Shown piece after piece: positions 1 through 9,071 of a stretch of DNA of 64,000 bases. Position 1 is the first letter of the stretch, and the number at the start of each line of letters is the position of its first letter. The DNA comes from Patescibacteria group bacterium (GTDB taxonomy: Bacteria > Patescibacteriota > Patescibacteriia > UBA2196). A model generated the notes under the pieces. The model was not told the DNA's origin. It saw nothing but the letters and a program-made list of their open reading frames with translations, and did not search any database. The translations under genes were made by a program, and so were the position numbers. The stretch is from positions 628-64,627 of the forward strand of contig DAIUDD010000001.1 of assembly GCA_036845805.1 (NCBI GenBank). The letters run 5' to 3'.

Positions 1-63
1 ATTTATAAAACAAAAGTCAAGATTAATCAAAAAAAATCCCCGAACAAAAGTTCAGGGATTTTT

Positions 64-140
64 TGGTGCGCATGGGAGGACTTGAACCTCCGACCCCGTC
101 ATTATCAGTGACGTGCTCTAACCAACTGAGCTACATGCGC
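64..140 (-). tRNA. tRNA-Ile (anticodon GAT), CCA encoded
   Basis: The reverse complement folds as a cloverleaf: acceptor GCGCATG/CATGCGC, anticodon loop CTGATAA, T-loop TTCAAGT, terminal ACCA. Confidence 0.85.
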
Positions 141-179
141 ATAATAAAAACAATTTTAAATTTAGATCTTTATTTTTCC

Positions 180-249
180 GTCATCCTGAGCGATTAGCAA
201 AGGAATTCTTTTAAATTGTATCGAGATTCTTCGCTTCGCTCAGAATGAC
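180..249. repeat. Empty hairpin element (GTCATCC...GAATGAC family), MITE-like
   Basis: Left arm gtcatcctgagcgattagcaaaggaattctt pairs imperfectly with right arm agattcttcgcttcgctcagaatgac around a 13-nt AT loop. The termini are the same type as the GIY-YIG element that starts 30 bp downstream. Confidence 0.7.
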
Positions 250-279
250 AAAAGAAGTTGATATTATTATAACATGTCT

Positions 280-658
280 GTCATCCTGAACGATTAGTGA
301 AGGATCTCTCCTTTATACCTCATCAAATAAATCTTTAAAAGTTGGATTAAAATCTTTTATTAATTTTAATTTCTTTTTTCTTACCCAACCCTTAATTTCT
401 TTTTCTCTCCCAATAGCATCAGCCGGATTATTATAAGTTTCATAGTAGACTAATTTTTTGATATTGTATCTGGCGGTAAAACCTTTGATAATCTTATATT
501 TATGTTGCCAAACTCTAGCCTTTAAATTATTGGTTATACCAGTATAAAGGGTTAAAGAAATATTGGTCATGATATAGACAGAATAGAATTTATTGTGATG
601 TTTTTTATACTTAAAACTATACTTCTGCATAGAGATTCTTCGTTCCGCTCAGAATGAC
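280..658. mobile_element. Palindromic element carrying a GIY-YIG nuclease gene between ~30-bp terminal inverted repeats
   Basis: Left TIR gtcatcctgaacgattagtgaaggatctctcc (280-311) is the inverted complement of right TIR agagattcttcgttccgctcagaatgac (631-658). The ORF stop lies 1 nt inside the left TIR and the ORF start lies immediately next to the right TIR. Confidence 0.6.
313..630 (-). CDS. GIY-YIG nuclease family protein (UPF0213-like)
   Basis: 105 aa. The N-terminus YSVYIMTN...LYTGITNNLKARVWQHK is the GIY-YIG motif. Confidence 0.8.
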   Translation of the reverse strand: MQKYSFKYKKHHNKFYSVYIMTNISLTLYTGITNNLKARVWQHKYKIIKGFTARYNIKKLVYYETYNNPADAIGREKEIKGWVRKKKLKLIKDFNPTFKDLFDEV

Positions 659-667
659 AAACAATGA

Positions 668-744
668 TGGTGGGCGGCACAGGAATTGAACCTGTGACCT
701 TTACAATGTCAATGTAACGCTCTAACCAGCTGAGCTAGCCGCCC
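668..744 (-). tRNA. tRNA-Val (anticodon GAC), CCA encoded
   Basis: The reverse complement is GGGCGGC...GCCGCCCACCA, with anticodon stem TTACA/TGTAA, loop TTGACAT and T-loop TTCAATT. Confidence 0.85.
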
Positions 745-830
745 ATTTATTTTACATTATAAATGTTTTTTTAAAAAACGACAAGATTAAAATTACCGTC
801 TTTTTTATAATTTGTCAATTTAGTCTTCAG

Positions 831-1856
831 GTGATAAAATTTAAGCATATGACTGACCGCTTGATTGGCGCCGAAGAGCGCGAGGATGACCAGAATTTAG
901 ATCTGACTTTACGGCCAAAAAACTTGGCTGAATTTGTTGGTCAAAATAAAATCAAGGAAAATCTGCAGATTTTTATTGAAGCTGCTAAAAAAAGGGGTGA
1001 AGCCTTGGAACATACTTTACTTTATGGCGCGCCTGGTTTGGGTAAAACTACTCTGGCACATATTTTGGCCAAAGAAATGAATACCGGCGTTCGCGTCACT
1101 TCTGGTCCAGCCATTGAGCGCGCCGGCGACTTAGCGGCCATTTTAACCAATTTGGAACCCGGTGATTTTTTATTTATTGATGAAATTCATCGCCTTAATA
1201 AAAATATTGAAGAAGTATTATATCCAGCCATGGAAGATTATGCTTTGGATATTGTGATTGGCAAAGGTCCGTCAGCTCGGACACTTCGTCTTGATTTGCC
1301 TCGCTTTACTTTGGTTGGCGCCACCACTCGGCTTAGTTTATTGTCTTCGCCCTTGCGCGATCGTTTTGGTTCCACCTATCGGATTGATTATTATGAACCA
1401 GACGAATTGCAGCAAATTATTTTACGTTCGGCCAAAATTTTAAACTGCCAAATTGATTCTGCCGCCGCCGGCGAAATAGGGGAGCGCTGTCGCCGTACGC
1501 CCCGTATTGCCAACCGTTTGCTAAAACGGGTGCGTGATTATGCCGATGTTAAAGGCAATGGTCAAATTACGCCTGAAATTTGTCATAGTGCCCTGGACAT
1601 GCTCCGAGTTGATCGCTTAGGTTTGGATGAAATTGATCGCGAGATTTTAAAAGTGATTATTGAAAAATTTAATGGCGGACCAGTCGGCCTTAACACTGTG
1701 GCTGCTGCCACGGGCGAAGAAATGGCTACTATTGAAGATATTTATGAACCGTTTTTAATGCGTCTTGGTTTTTTAGCGCGCACCTCGCGCGGCCGCACCG
1801 TAACTGATTTGGCTTATGAACACCTTGGGTATGAAAAAAATAAAAAATTAATTTAA
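831..1856 (+). CDS. ruvB: Holliday junction branch migration helicase RuvB
   Basis: Walker [19 protein letters not shown] and an AAA+ fold with the RuvB C-terminal winged helix; length is typical. Confidence 0.95.
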   Translation: MIKFKHMTDRLIGAEEREDDQNLDLTLRPKNLAEFVGQNKIKENLQIFIEAAKKRGEALEHTLLYGAPGLGKTTLAHILAKEMNTGVRVTSGPAIERAGDLAAILTNLEPGDFLFIDEIHRLNKNIEEVLYPAMEDYALDIVIGKGPSARTLRLDLPRFTLVGATTRLSLLSSPLRDRFGSTYRIDYYEPDELQQIILRSAKILNCQIDSAAAGEIGERCRRTPRIANRLLKRVRDYADVKGNGQITPEICHSALDMLRVDRLGLDEIDREILKVIIEKFNGGPVGLNTVAAATGEEMATIEDIYEPFLMRLGFLARTSRGRTVTDLAYEHLGYEKNKKLI

Positions 1857-1861
1857 TAAAT

Positions 1862-2000
1862 TTCCAAGAAACAATAATCAAGAAACAAATAAATTCCAAT
1901 AAGCAATAACCAGTTTTTAATAAAATATTTTGAAAATTATAATTTAGAGCTTGTAATTTATTTGGAAATTGTATCTTGGTAATTGGTAATTTAATCCCTA
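1862..2000. repeat. AT-rich ~130-bp imperfect palindromic intergenic repeat, copy 1 of 3
   Basis: tccaagaaacaataatcaagaaacaaataaattccaataagcaataacc ... aatttatttggaaattgtatcttggtaattggtaatt. Related copies lie at 33541-33680 and, reverse-complemented, at 15190-15340. Confidence 0.6.
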
Positions 2001-2569
2001 TGCCTTACTTAACTCTTTTTCCTGGTCAGGAGCCTGATGAAAAAATAATCATGGTTTTGCGCCGTCATGGTTGGATTTTGTTTAAGACTATTATTTTTTA
2101 TCTTTTTTTAGCTGTTTTGCCTTTTTTCTTTCGTTACCTTATTGCCCGCAATGGTGTTTTTGAAACCGATTTTGGGCCAGTTGGTTTTTATTTGGTTTTA
2201 AGTTTATATTATTTTGTCTGGACAACTTTTTTCTTTCGTTCCTGGCTTGATTATTATCTAGATATTTGGGTGATTACTTCCGAGCATATTGTTAATATTG
2301 AACAAAAAGGTTTATTTTCCCGGGAGATTTCTTCTTTCCAACTTTATCGCATTCAAGATGTCTCGGCCGAGGTGAGAGGTATTTTGGCTACCTTTTTTCA
2401 TTTTGGCAACGTTCATGTGCAAACCGCTGGCGCGGAATCAAATTTTGTTTTTAAACAGATTCCCGAACCATATACGGTAACCAAAAAATTAATGGATTTG
2501 GTTAATATTAAAAAGAAAAATTTAGCCCGCACCAATCCGGTTTTAGACAAGCTTGATAATAATGAATAA
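1976..2569 (+). CDS. Membrane protein with bacterial PH (YdbS/YdbT-like, DUF304) domain
   Basis: Two N-terminal TM segments, then EHIVNIEQKGLFSREISSFQLYRIQDVS...GNVHVQTAG, typical of a bPH_2 domain. The true start may be the ATG at 2000. Confidence 0.5.
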   Translation: MVIGNLIPMPYLTLFPGQEPDEKIIMVLRRHGWILFKTIIFYLFLAVLPFFFRYLIARNGVFETDFGPVGFYLVLSLYYFVWTTFFFRSWLDYYLDIWVITSEHIVNIEQKGLFSREISSFQLYRIQDVSAEVRGILATFFHFGNVHVQTAGAESNFVFKQIPEPYTVTKKLMDLVNIKKKNLARTNPVLDKLDNNE

Positions 2570-2718
2570 AATTTTTTTTGAGCAAATAAAAACTCCGCTG
2601 GTTATTAAATGCGGGGTTTTTTGTTTTTTACTTTTTCATCATTGACATTTTTTGTAAATTTGCTATTTTTAAACCAAAACATTCTTTTACATTGAACTTA
2701 AAAATTGGAGAACTTTTC

Positions 2719-3294
2719 ATGAAAAAGCGCCAAAAAATTGTTTATTCAAAAGAGGGGTATAAATTTGTGGTGGCAGAAGAACCGCCGACAACATTCAAAG
2801 ACTCCACCTGGTATTGCTGGGTGGGGCCAAAGGAGCGACCAACTTTTTGGAGCGAAGAAGGCGGCCAAGATTTTCTGCTTGATGGCAAAGCCCATTTAAG
2901 TATTTTGGGCGATGCCAATAAAGCATCGTTTGCCGATAGTCCGGAACCGGGGCGAATGTGGTATTGGCGCTATGATATAAAGTACTTTCGAGAGTGTTCA
3001 CTGTCCTTAACAGGCAAGCGACAAACAGTGGTATTTTCGAAAGACGGCCAAGTCTTTCGGGTGGGCAGTAAGCCGCCAAAAAAGTTTAGGGCCAATCGCT
3101 GGTATTGTTGGTTAGGCCCAAAAAGGCGCCAACCAGGGTGGAACCTAAGTGGCGATATGAATTTTGTGCTTGATAGTAAAGCACACCTCTGTTGTAAAGC
3201 AGAGGATCACTATGCCGCGTTTGTCGATTCTCCCGATCCAGATCGTCTTTGGAATTGGGGAGAATCAATTGAACACTTTCGACAGTGCAAGTAA
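2719..3294 (+). CDS. Hypothetical protein of two tandem ~95-aa repeats (GC-rich)
   Basis: Internal duplication, both repeats ending in Cys: KIVYSKEGYKF..WYCWVGPKERP..DGKAHL..FADSPEPGRMWYW..YFREC matches TVVFSKDGQVF..WYCWLGPKRRQ..DSKAHL..FVDSPDPDRLWNW..HFRQC. RBS ttggag precedes the ATG at 2719. GC is well above background. Confidence 0.5.
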   Translation: MKKRQKIVYSKEGYKFVVAEEPPTTFKDSTWYCWVGPKERPTFWSEEGGQDFLLDGKAHLSILGDANKASFADSPEPGRMWYWRYDIKYFRECSLSLTGKRQTVVFSKDGQVFRVGSKPPKKFRANRWYCWLGPKRRQPGWNLSGDMNFVLDSKAHLCCKAEDHYAAFVDSPDPDRLWNWGESIEHFRQCK

Positions 3295-3329
3295 TTTTTT
3301 TCCCCGACTCTTAAGAGGAGAACAATTCA

Positions 3330-3569
3330 ATGGAAAAAACACAAAAGAGAAAAGTCCAATTTTCTTTTTCAGCCGAAACCGTAAGAGTTTTGTTTTGGCT
3401 GAAGCAAATAACTGGCGCCGCCTCCTGGTCCGAGGTGGTCAGAAACGCTTTGTATGTTTATTGGCAAATAGTCAAAATGATTATTGCTGGAGGAGAAATT
3501 TTTCACTTTGACAAGTCTGGGAAACAAACAAAATTGATTTTTCCCAATATTCACACAAACAGTGAATAA
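3330..3569 (+). CDS. Small protein, possible ribbon-helix-helix DNA-binding fold
   Basis: RBS agaggag 7 nt upstream. The N-terminal beta-strand plus helix pattern KVQFSFSAETVRVLFWLKQITGAASWSEVVRNALYVY resembles RHH. A terminator hairpin gccactttaggaaaggtggc with T-tract follows. Confidence 0.3.
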   Translation: MEKTQKRKVQFSFSAETVRVLFWLKQITGAASWSEVVRNALYVYWQIVKMIIAGGEIFHFDKSGKQTKLIFPNIHTNSE

Positions 3570-3612
3570 AGGGGCCCATACTATTTATTATTAGCCACTT
3601 TAGGAAAGGTGG

Positions 3613-3660
3613 CTTTTTTATTTGCCAAAAGATGTTTAAAGTGGGAAAATTAAGGTATAA
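3613..3660. repeat. ~45-bp direct repeat, copy 1 (tttatttgccaaaagatgtttaaagtggaaaattaa)
   Basis: A near-identical copy lies at 4483-4530. Each follows a terminator hairpin, and together they flank the TonB-like gene. Confidence 0.7.
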
Positions 3661-3701
3661 AAATATTAACAGGCAAGACTCAAAATAAAAGGAGGTGAGC
3701 T

Positions 3702-4436
3702 GTGAAAACTTCAATGGTTGGTATTGGCGCGGTGGAGCTGAAGGCCGTAGCCCAAAAATATATGCTGTGGGCCTTGGTCATTGCTTCACTCATTCATTTG
3801 TCGGTGGTCGGCGCATACTGGGGATCGATTTATCTGGCCAAAGATGAGGAGCCGGTGCGTACTGTCAGAATCATGAAATACACTGACTTGGTTCAGCCGC
3901 CTTCTATTGATCCGACCAGAAATGTGGTGGCGCCAAATGTAGCCATGGCCTCGCCCACGGCTAGGCCCAGCTTGGGAATCCCCGTGCCCGTGCCCGATGC
4001 CGAAGTGAGCCCGGATCAAACTTTTGCTAGTCAACAAGAAATGAATGTCGCCACTGGTCCAGTCACTGATGTGGCCGGATCTGGAGCAGTGCAGATAGAA
4101 AGAGATGTACAAGTTGAAAATATTACCGAAGAGGCACCGCCGCCAGATTTTGTACCGTTTGAGAAAGAACCACAGGTGATCAAACGGATAGAACCGGTTT
4201 ATCCGGAACTGGCGCGCAAAGCCGGTCTCGAAGGCATGGTCTGGGTCAAGCTCTGGGTAGACAAAGAAGGCAAAGTGAAGGATGTGGTTGTCCTGAAAAG
4301 TGCGTCAGAAATTTTCAACCAGCCAGCGATTGAGGCAGCCAAACAATGGATCTTCACGCCAGCCCTCATGAAAACCGGGCCAGTCTCGGTGTGGATCTCT
4401 CTGTCTTTCAGCTTCAAGCTGACGGCGACTAATTGA
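3702..4436 (+). CDS. TonB C-terminal domain protein (energy transducer TonB-like), GC-rich
   Basis: GTG start with aggagg RBS. N-terminal TM segment, Pro-rich linker, and C-terminus PQVIKRIEPVYPELARKAGLEGMVWVKLWVDKEGKVKDVVVLKSASEIFNQPAIEAAKQWIFTPA, the TonB_C fold signature. Confidence 0.65.
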   Translation: MKTSMVGIGAVELKAVAQKYMLWALVIASLIHLSVVGAYWGSIYLAKDEEPVRTVRIMKYTDLVQPPSIDPTRNVVAPNVAMASPTARPSLGIPVPVPDAEVSPDQTFASQQEMNVATGPVTDVAGSGAVQIERDVQVENITEEAPPPDFVPFEKEPQVIKRIEPVYPELARKAGLEGMVWVKLWVDKEGKVKDVVVLKSASEIFNQPAIEAAKQWIFTPALMKTGPVSVWISLSFSFKLTATN

Positions 4437-4482
4437 TTGATCCAATAGAAAAAAGTGGCCGCTCTTTGGGGGAGGAGCGGTT

Positions 4483-4530
4483 TTTTATTTGCCAAAAGAT
4501 GTTTAAAGTGGAAAAATTAAAGTAGTTGGG
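4483..4530. repeat. ~45-bp direct repeat, copy 2
   Basis: ttttttatttgccaaaagatgtttaaagtggaaaaattaaagta, closely matching 3613-3660. Confidence 0.7.
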
Positions 4531-4546
4531 CTAATCAATATATTTT

Positions 4547-4951
4547 ATGTCTAATAGTTATACTTGGTATCAAAATCTAATTAAGCCATTCTTTGCTCCG
4601 CCGAGCTGGCTTTTTGGCCCAGTCTGGAGTGTGCTTTATATATTAATTATTATTTCCTATGGTTATGTTGGTTTTCTGTTTTTCAAACACAAAATCTCTT
4701 TTTTAATTTTTTTACCTTTTATCTTAAATATTATTTTTAATCTGCTTTTTACGCCGCTTCAGTTTGGCTTGAAAAATAATTTTCTCGCCGCCATTGATAT
4801 TCTCTTGGTTTTAGGCACGCTCATTTGGGCCATAATTGCTATTTTCCCTTATGCCAAATGGGTAAGCTATATTAATTTGCCATATTTGCTTTGGGTTTGT
4901 TTTGCCACCGTGTTACAACTTTCGATTACGGTTCTAAATTGGAACCGATGA
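4547..4951 (+). CDS. TspO/MBR (tryptophan-rich sensory protein) family membrane protein
   Basis: WYQNLIKPFFAPPSWLFGPVWSVLYILI matches the TspO N-terminal consensus; several TM segments follow. Confidence 0.55.
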   Translation: MSNSYTWYQNLIKPFFAPPSWLFGPVWSVLYILIIISYGYVGFLFFKHKISFLIFLPFILNIIFNLLFTPLQFGLKNNFLAAIDILLVLGTLIWAIIAIFPYAKWVSYINLPYLLWVCFATVLQLSITVLNWNR

Positions 4952-5011
4952 AAATTTGTATCATGTATTATGTATCATGGATAATGGAAAATAAAAAAGT
5001 TATATAAATAT

Positions 5012-8000
5012 ATGTTTAGGATTCTTTGGTCATTAATTAACCTTAATGCCAGGAAAATATTTTCGCTGACACTTTTTTGTGCCAGCGTTTTTGTTTTTAT
5101 TGTGTTATTATTTTCTAATTATGTTCAAGCCGCCAGCACGGAAGTTTATGGGGTAATGACTACCGATCAGGTTTGGGATAAGGCTCATTCACCCTATGTG
5201 ATTAGTTGGCGCGGTAATGGTTTGATTATTCAAGCAAAATTAACTATTTTGCCTGGCACAGTAATTAAAATTTATGCTAATCGCAATTGGAACGAATATT
5301 TCGGTTTAAAAATTGATGGCGCTAATGGTGGCCAATTGATTGCCGAAGGTACTATCGAAGAACCAATAATTTTTACTTCTTGGTATGATGACGAAATAAT
5401 GGGTGATACCAATAATGACGCTACTTGGTATCAAGCGCCCCAATCCGGTGATTATCGCGCACTTAATTTTTATCAAACAAATAATTCTCATTTAGAAAAT
5501 GTCATTATTAAATATGGTGGCACAGCTCGTAATAATAACAGTACAATTTTGGTAGATAATTCCATTATTAATTTTAATAATTTGAAATTAATAAAAAATT
5601 TGCAGCCAGGAATTGTACTCAAAAACAATAGTCAGGCCACAATAGAAAATCTTGAGGCCGTCGAAAATAAAAATGAAATTTTGCAACTTTATGACGCCAG
5701 TAAGGCAATTTTTGATAATTCTTTAGTGCATAATAATTTTGGTAATAGTGTAATTAAAATTTCTGCCGCGGCTGATTTGTCTGGCACTAATAATTCTTTT
5801 ATTGATAATAGTAATCAAAAAATAATTATTAGCCCCTACGATATTAATCAAACGGTAACTTGGCGAAAATTTGATTTACCATATTATTTAGAAGGACAAA
5901 TTAAAATTACACCCACTGGCCAATTAAATATTAATGCTGGAGTAGAAGCACATTTTGGTTATTATTACAGCCGACTTTTTAATTTAGGCGAATTAAATAT
6001 TATGGGAGCCGCGGCTGCTCCAGTTGTTTTTACTTCTTTCTCTAATAATGCCAGCATTAATAATGATTTTTGGGGTGGCGTGGTTTTTGAAGCGGGCAGC
6101 CGCGGTCAAATTAATTATTTAACCATTAAAGACGCTGGCACTTATGCCGCTGATTGGACCGGTAGTACTTATTTAACTAATGAATATAATGCTTTACGCA
6201 TTACTTCAGCGCATCCAGAATTTAATCATTTAACCATTGATAGCAGTAAAATTAATGGTTTAAACATTACTGATTCTAGCGCACCAGTTATTAATCACTG
6301 TGATATAAAAAATAATTTACAATGGGGTGCAATTAGCAATTCTTCTGCTTTGGTAACTTTTAATAAGTGTTCTTTTATTAACAATACTGCTGGTGCCTTA
6401 CGAAATGATAGCCAAGTGGTGGTTGATGCGCGTGATAGTTGGTGGGGGAGCGAGACTGGACCGAAAACCGGCATTCATTCGCAAGGTCAAGGCTCTCAAA
6501 TTCAAGGCTTGGTTGTTTATGAACCATGGCAGGGCAAAGAAAATTTGCCATTTTCTGATTTAGAACCGGTTATTGTGATCCCGGGCATTACTGGTTCATG
6601 GCAAAAATATATTGTCGCTGGTGAATGGCGCTTGGATCCATTTTTTCATACTTATGATAATTTATTAGCTGCTTTGCGTCAGATTGGTTATCAAGATGAT
6701 GTTAATTTGTTTCCTTTTCCCTATCAATGGCGCCAAGATAATAATTTAACAGCCATTGATTTAAAAAACAAAATCCAAACAGTAAAAAATATTACTGGTA
6801 AAAACAAAGTTGATCTAATAGCTCATTCCATGGGTGGTTTAATAGCACGCGCCTACATTCAAAGCGCCGATTATATGAATGATGTAGATCAGTTAATATT
6901 TCTTGGCACCCCGCAAACTGGTTCGGTTAATGCCTATGTGCCGTGGATGAGTGGCTTAAATTTAGTCAAAGGCAAGAGTGATATTTTTCCACGTTTAACA
7001 AATAAAATTTTTCAGATCGAAGCAGATTATTATGGCTATAATGATTTATTTAATTATGTTCAGGACAAAATTAAAAGTGTAGCACAATTATTGCCAATTT
7101 TTGATTATTTAATTGACAATGAAACAAATATTTTAAGAATTTATCCTGATAATTATCCAGCCAATACTTTTTTAGAAAATTTAAACCAAGCAGCTAATGT
7201 TTTAAAATTAAAACAGCGCGTGCAAATGACTAATGTGGTTAGTAAAACCACCATTACCAATACCGTGGAATTTTTAAAAGTAATGCCTTATCTTGGCGCT
7301 GATGGTAAATGGCCATATGGTTATCCTAATAATTATGATAATGCTAGCGGCGATCATGGTTTAATTATGGGTGAAGGTGATGAAACCGTACCTTTAAAAA
7401 GCGCGGCTGATTTGGATATTTATCCTTTTATTCAAAGTGATGCTAAACACGTTAATTTGCCTACTACTAATCAAAATGACGTTATTTACGCTTTAACTGG
7501 TAAGCAGCCTACCACTATTGTGGAACAAAATAATTTTAATGGTTCAAGCGTCATCAAAGCCTTTTTATTATTTACTTTACATTCACCCATTGATATTGAA
7601 ATCATTGATCCTAGTGGTAATAAAATTGGCAAGGATTTTAATAATAATCTTGAAATTAATAATATTCCCGGCGGTTTTTATTCTGGTTTTGACGGTCCGA
7701 CTGAATTTATTTTTATTCCTAATCCTTTGGCTGGCGAATATAAAATAAATTTACAAGGCACTGCTGATGGCGCTTATGGCGTGGAAATAAATTATAATAA
7801 TGAAAACCAAGAAAAAAATATTATTTTTGAAAGCACTATTCGCGCCGGCGAACTAATTAATTTAACCAGTAATTTGGAACCAGCCAATTTAGATAATTGG
7901 CAAATAAAAACTTCGGTTGATATTAACCAAATTATTAATCTAGCCGAAAATATTTGGTATAAATATTTATGGGCAAAGAAAATTGTTTTGGTTTCTTTAC

Positions 8001-8188
8001 AAAGCATTAAAAAAGATTATGAAATTTTATCAACCGCCATTAAATATGATAGAATTAAATTAAGCATCAGATTAAAAATCGCGGCTTTAAAATTAGTGCT
8101 TAAAACTTATCAAAACCAAGGCCTTATTAAAATCACTGATTATCAAATTTTAATTAATAATTTAAATTATTTATTAAGTAAATTGTAA
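5012..8188 (+). CDS. Large secreted/membrane-anchored protein: beta-helix repeat region plus alpha/beta-hydrolase (lipase-like, GHSMGG) domain
   Basis: N-terminal signal/TM. Repetitive N/S/T-rich segments typical of a right-handed beta-helix. Nucleophile elbow LIAHSMGGLIARAY as in PGAP1-like/lipase class 2. 1058 aa. Confidence 0.55.
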   Translation: MFRILWSLINLNARKIFSLTLFCASVFVFIVLLFSNYVQAASTEVYGVMTTDQVWDKAHSPYVISWRGNGLIIQAKLTILPGTVIKIYANRNWNEYFGLKIDGANGGQLIAEGTIEEPIIFTSWYDDEIMGDTNNDATWYQAPQSGDYRALNFYQTNNSHLENVIIKYGGTARNNNSTILVDNSIINFNNLKLIKNLQPGIVLKNNSQATIENLEAVENKNEILQLYDASKAIFDNSLVHNNFGNSVIKISAAADLSGTNNSFIDNSNQKIIISPYDINQTVTWRKFDLPYYLEGQIKITPTGQLNINAGVEAHFGYYYSRLFNLGELNIMGAAAAPVVFTSFSNNASINNDFWGGVVFEAGSRGQINYLTIKDAGTYAADWTGSTYLTNEYNALRITSAHPEFNHLTIDSSKINGLNITDSSAPVINHCDIKNNLQWGAISNSSALVTFNKCSFINNTAGALRNDSQVVVDARDSWWGSETGPKTGIHSQGQGSQIQGLVVYEPWQGKENLPFSDLEPVIVIPGITGSWQKYIVAGEWRLDPFFHTYDNLLAALRQIGYQDDVNLFPFPYQWRQDNNLTAIDLKNKIQTVKNITGKNKVDLIAHSMGGLIARAYIQSADYMNDVDQLIFLGTPQTGSVNAYVPWMSGLNLVKGKSDIFPRLTNKIFQIEADYYGYNDLFNYVQDKIKSVAQLLPIFDYLIDNETNILRIYPDNYPANTFLENLNQAANVLKLKQRVQMTNVVSKTTITNTVEFLKVMPYLGADGKWPYGYPNNYDNASGDHGLIMGEGDETVPLKSAADLDIYPFIQSDAKHVNLPTTNQNDVIYALTGKQPTTIVEQNNFNGSSVIKAFLLFTLHSPIDIEIIDPSGNKIGKDFNNNLEINNIPGGFYSGFDGPTEFIFIPNPLAGEYKINLQGTADGAYGVEINYNNENQEKNIIFESTIRAGELINLTSNLEPANLDNWQIKTSVDINQIINLAENIWYKYLWAKKIVLVSLQSIKKDYEILSTAIKYDRIKLSIRLKIAALKLVLKTYQNQGLIKITDYQILINNLNYLLSKL

Positions 8189-8214
8189 AATTTTCTTAAT
8201 AGAAAAATAAAAAT

Positions 8215-8466
8215 ATGTATGATACAAATTCCATGGCTTTTTTAGGTATAGTGTTAATATTAGTTTCCTTAATAATAGCTATTATTTTATATTTTGTTCT
8301 AAAAAAATTTATTAATAAACATCTATCTTTGACAATTGTTTTAATGGCTTTTGGGTATTTTTGGCGTGACCTCGATCCTTATAATTATCCTTTTTATCTT
8401 GCCGCTCTTATCTTTTTTCTTCTCTTCCTCTTCCACCTATTCACTCGCCGGAAAAATCACCGCTAG
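8215..8466 (+). CDS. Small hypothetical membrane protein
   Basis: 83 aa with two hydrophobic helices. Confidence 0.35.
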   Translation: MYDTNSMAFLGIVLILVSLIIAIILYFVLKKFINKHLSLTIVLMAFGYFWRDLDPYNYPFYLAALIFFLLFLFHLFTRRKNHR

Positions 8467-8687
8467 CCATAGTAAATTAAAGTTTAGCCAGCCAAGACGC
8501 AGTTTTTTAATCTTTATCAAATCTTAAAAATATTTTTGGTTGATTTAAAAAACGCCACTTTAAAAAATGACTTAGTAGAAGCCGGTTCTGTTATGGCAAA
8601 AATTGAACACGAAGTTGAATTAGAAAAAAAATTACGCGCCCATAGTCACAGTGCCCGCGGCCCTTATGCTAAATGGGGTTCAAGTGT

Positions 8688-8717
8688 TTGACATCTTTTC
8701 TATTTATGCTATAATTA
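8688..8717 (+). promoter_or_regulatory. Near-consensus sigma70 promoter (TTGACA-16-TATAAT)
   Basis: ttgacatcttttctatttatgctataat lies directly upstream of the acidic-peptide gene. Confidence 0.6.
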
Positions 8718-8747
8718 TTGCACTTGTTAATAATTAACCTATTTTTT

Positions 8748-8912
8748 ATGTCTGATCTCGATCAACAACAAAATCCTATGCCTCAAGATGAAGAAGTAAA
8801 AGAAAATGAAGGCATGGAAGGTTTAGAAGATTTATCAGAAACCCCAGCCGAAGAAGAAACAGCTCCAGAAGCTGATGATATGGCTGGTGATGATATGAAT
8901 GCTGAAGTATAA
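8748..8912 (+). CDS. Small highly acidic protein (54 aa)
   Basis: MSDLDQQQNPMPQDEEVKENEGMEGLEDLSETPAEEETAPEADDMAGDDMNAEV. A consensus promoter sits upstream and a terminator hairpin downstream (8927-8958). Confidence 0.45.
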   Translation: MSDLDQQQNPMPQDEEVKENEGMEGLEDLSETPAEEETAPEADDMAGDDMNAEV

Positions 8913-9071
8913 ACTTTAAGTTTATGTAAAAAATACGCTCCGATATTCATCGGGGCGTATTTTATTTTCCCTCTTGACAAAATTTTTTAAATATGCTAAG
9001 CTGCTGTTCAAAGGTCAACCTTAATTATAAGGTTGAAATTCAAAATCATTATTTTTTGGAGGAAAAATCAG

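Noticed and set aside
1258-1443. Short alternative-frame ORFs nested in ruvB, metG, secD and other conserved genes
   Set aside because: They overlap highly conserved coding frames and have hydrophobic or low-complexity translations with no start context. They are typical spurious six-frame ORFs.
8580-8678. 32-codon ORF MAKIEHEVELEKKLRAHSHSARGPYAKWGSSV upstream of the acidic peptide gene
   Set aside because: It has no RBS or recognisable family and sits between a terminator-less gene end and a consensus promoter. Its coding status is undecidable from sequence, so it is not reported as a feature.
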